Assembly: GCA_963801605.1 (NCBI GenBank)
Contig: CAWDFP010000008.1
Coordinates: 10,314 to 74,313 of the forward strand
Direction: 5' to 3'
Source: an uncultured candidate division Zixibacteria bacterium
Lineage (GTDB): Bacteria > Zixibacteria > MSB-5A5 > UBA10806
Length of the DNA stretch: 64,000 nt
Shown: piece after piece, positions 63,828 through 64,000 of the stretch
Position numbering within the stretch: position 1 is the first letter of the stretch
How the letters are laid out: each line of letters opens with the position of its first letter
The notes under the pieces: generated by a model
Told to the model about the DNA's origin: nothing
Databases searched by the model: none
What the model saw: the letters and a program-made list of their open reading frames with translations, nothing else
Translations under genes and position numbers: made by a program

Positions 63828-64000
63828 TTATCTCTTAGAGAACTGGAATCTCTTGCGAGCCTTTACCAGGCCGTATTTCTTGCGCTCCACCATTCTGGAG
63901 TCGCGAGTGAGCAGCCCGTTGCGCTTGAGCACATTGTGCAGCTCTTCGTCATATTGATTCAGCGCCCGTGCGATGCCAAGACAGATTGCCATGGGGGCTG
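63828..64000 (-). CDS. rpsI: 30S ribosomal protein S9 (3' part)
   Basis: [28 protein letters not shown]. Confidence 0.97.
   Translation of the reverse strand, partial: APMAICLGIARALNQYDEELHNVLKRNGLLTRDSRMVERKKYGLVKARKRFQFSKR

Noticed and set aside
571..63957. Many short antisense/overlapping ORFs in the ORF track (e.g. 2952-3458, 17521-18063, 61749-62285)
   Set aside because: Shadows of well-supported genes on the opposite strand or frame, with no motifs

Overview
Bacterial genomic window with about 50 genes. Cys-rich dockerin-like C-termini on secreted proteins, rpsI-rpsB-tsf gene order and POR/rubrerythrin/Suf content suggest an anaerobe of the Zixibacteria/FCB-adjacent type (inference). 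Contents in order: a glycosyltransferase-like gene and adenine deaminase; a ~13 kb minus-strand operon (acyl-CoA ligase, manC, SPOR, tsaC, LMW phosphatase, DUF3108, GSU2086-like, ftcD, PHP, metalloprotease, ECF S-component, outer-membrane protein); a 1681-aa modular metallopeptidase; DRG-like GTPase, AsmA, aconitase, Pat-type acetyltransferase; a 1500-aa 9xPAS-GAF-LuxR regulator; an accessory patch; porCDAB, dcd, tag; an AT-rich decayed island; pepA, rubrerythrin, a full suf operon; and the cdsA-uppS-frr-pyrH-tsf-rpsB-rpsI cluster. About 20 frameshifts, including ones in essential genes, point to long-read indel errors. Best novelty candidate: a ~415-nt GGA-rich CsrB/RsmZ-like small RNA directly downstream of the PAS-LuxR gene, with its own promoter and a palindromic operator that is echoed upstream of the regulator gene. 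Also notable: a two-copy nested-palindrome mini-element and a six-cysteine dockerin-like module shared by two secreted proteins. All calls were made by eye; no searches were run.
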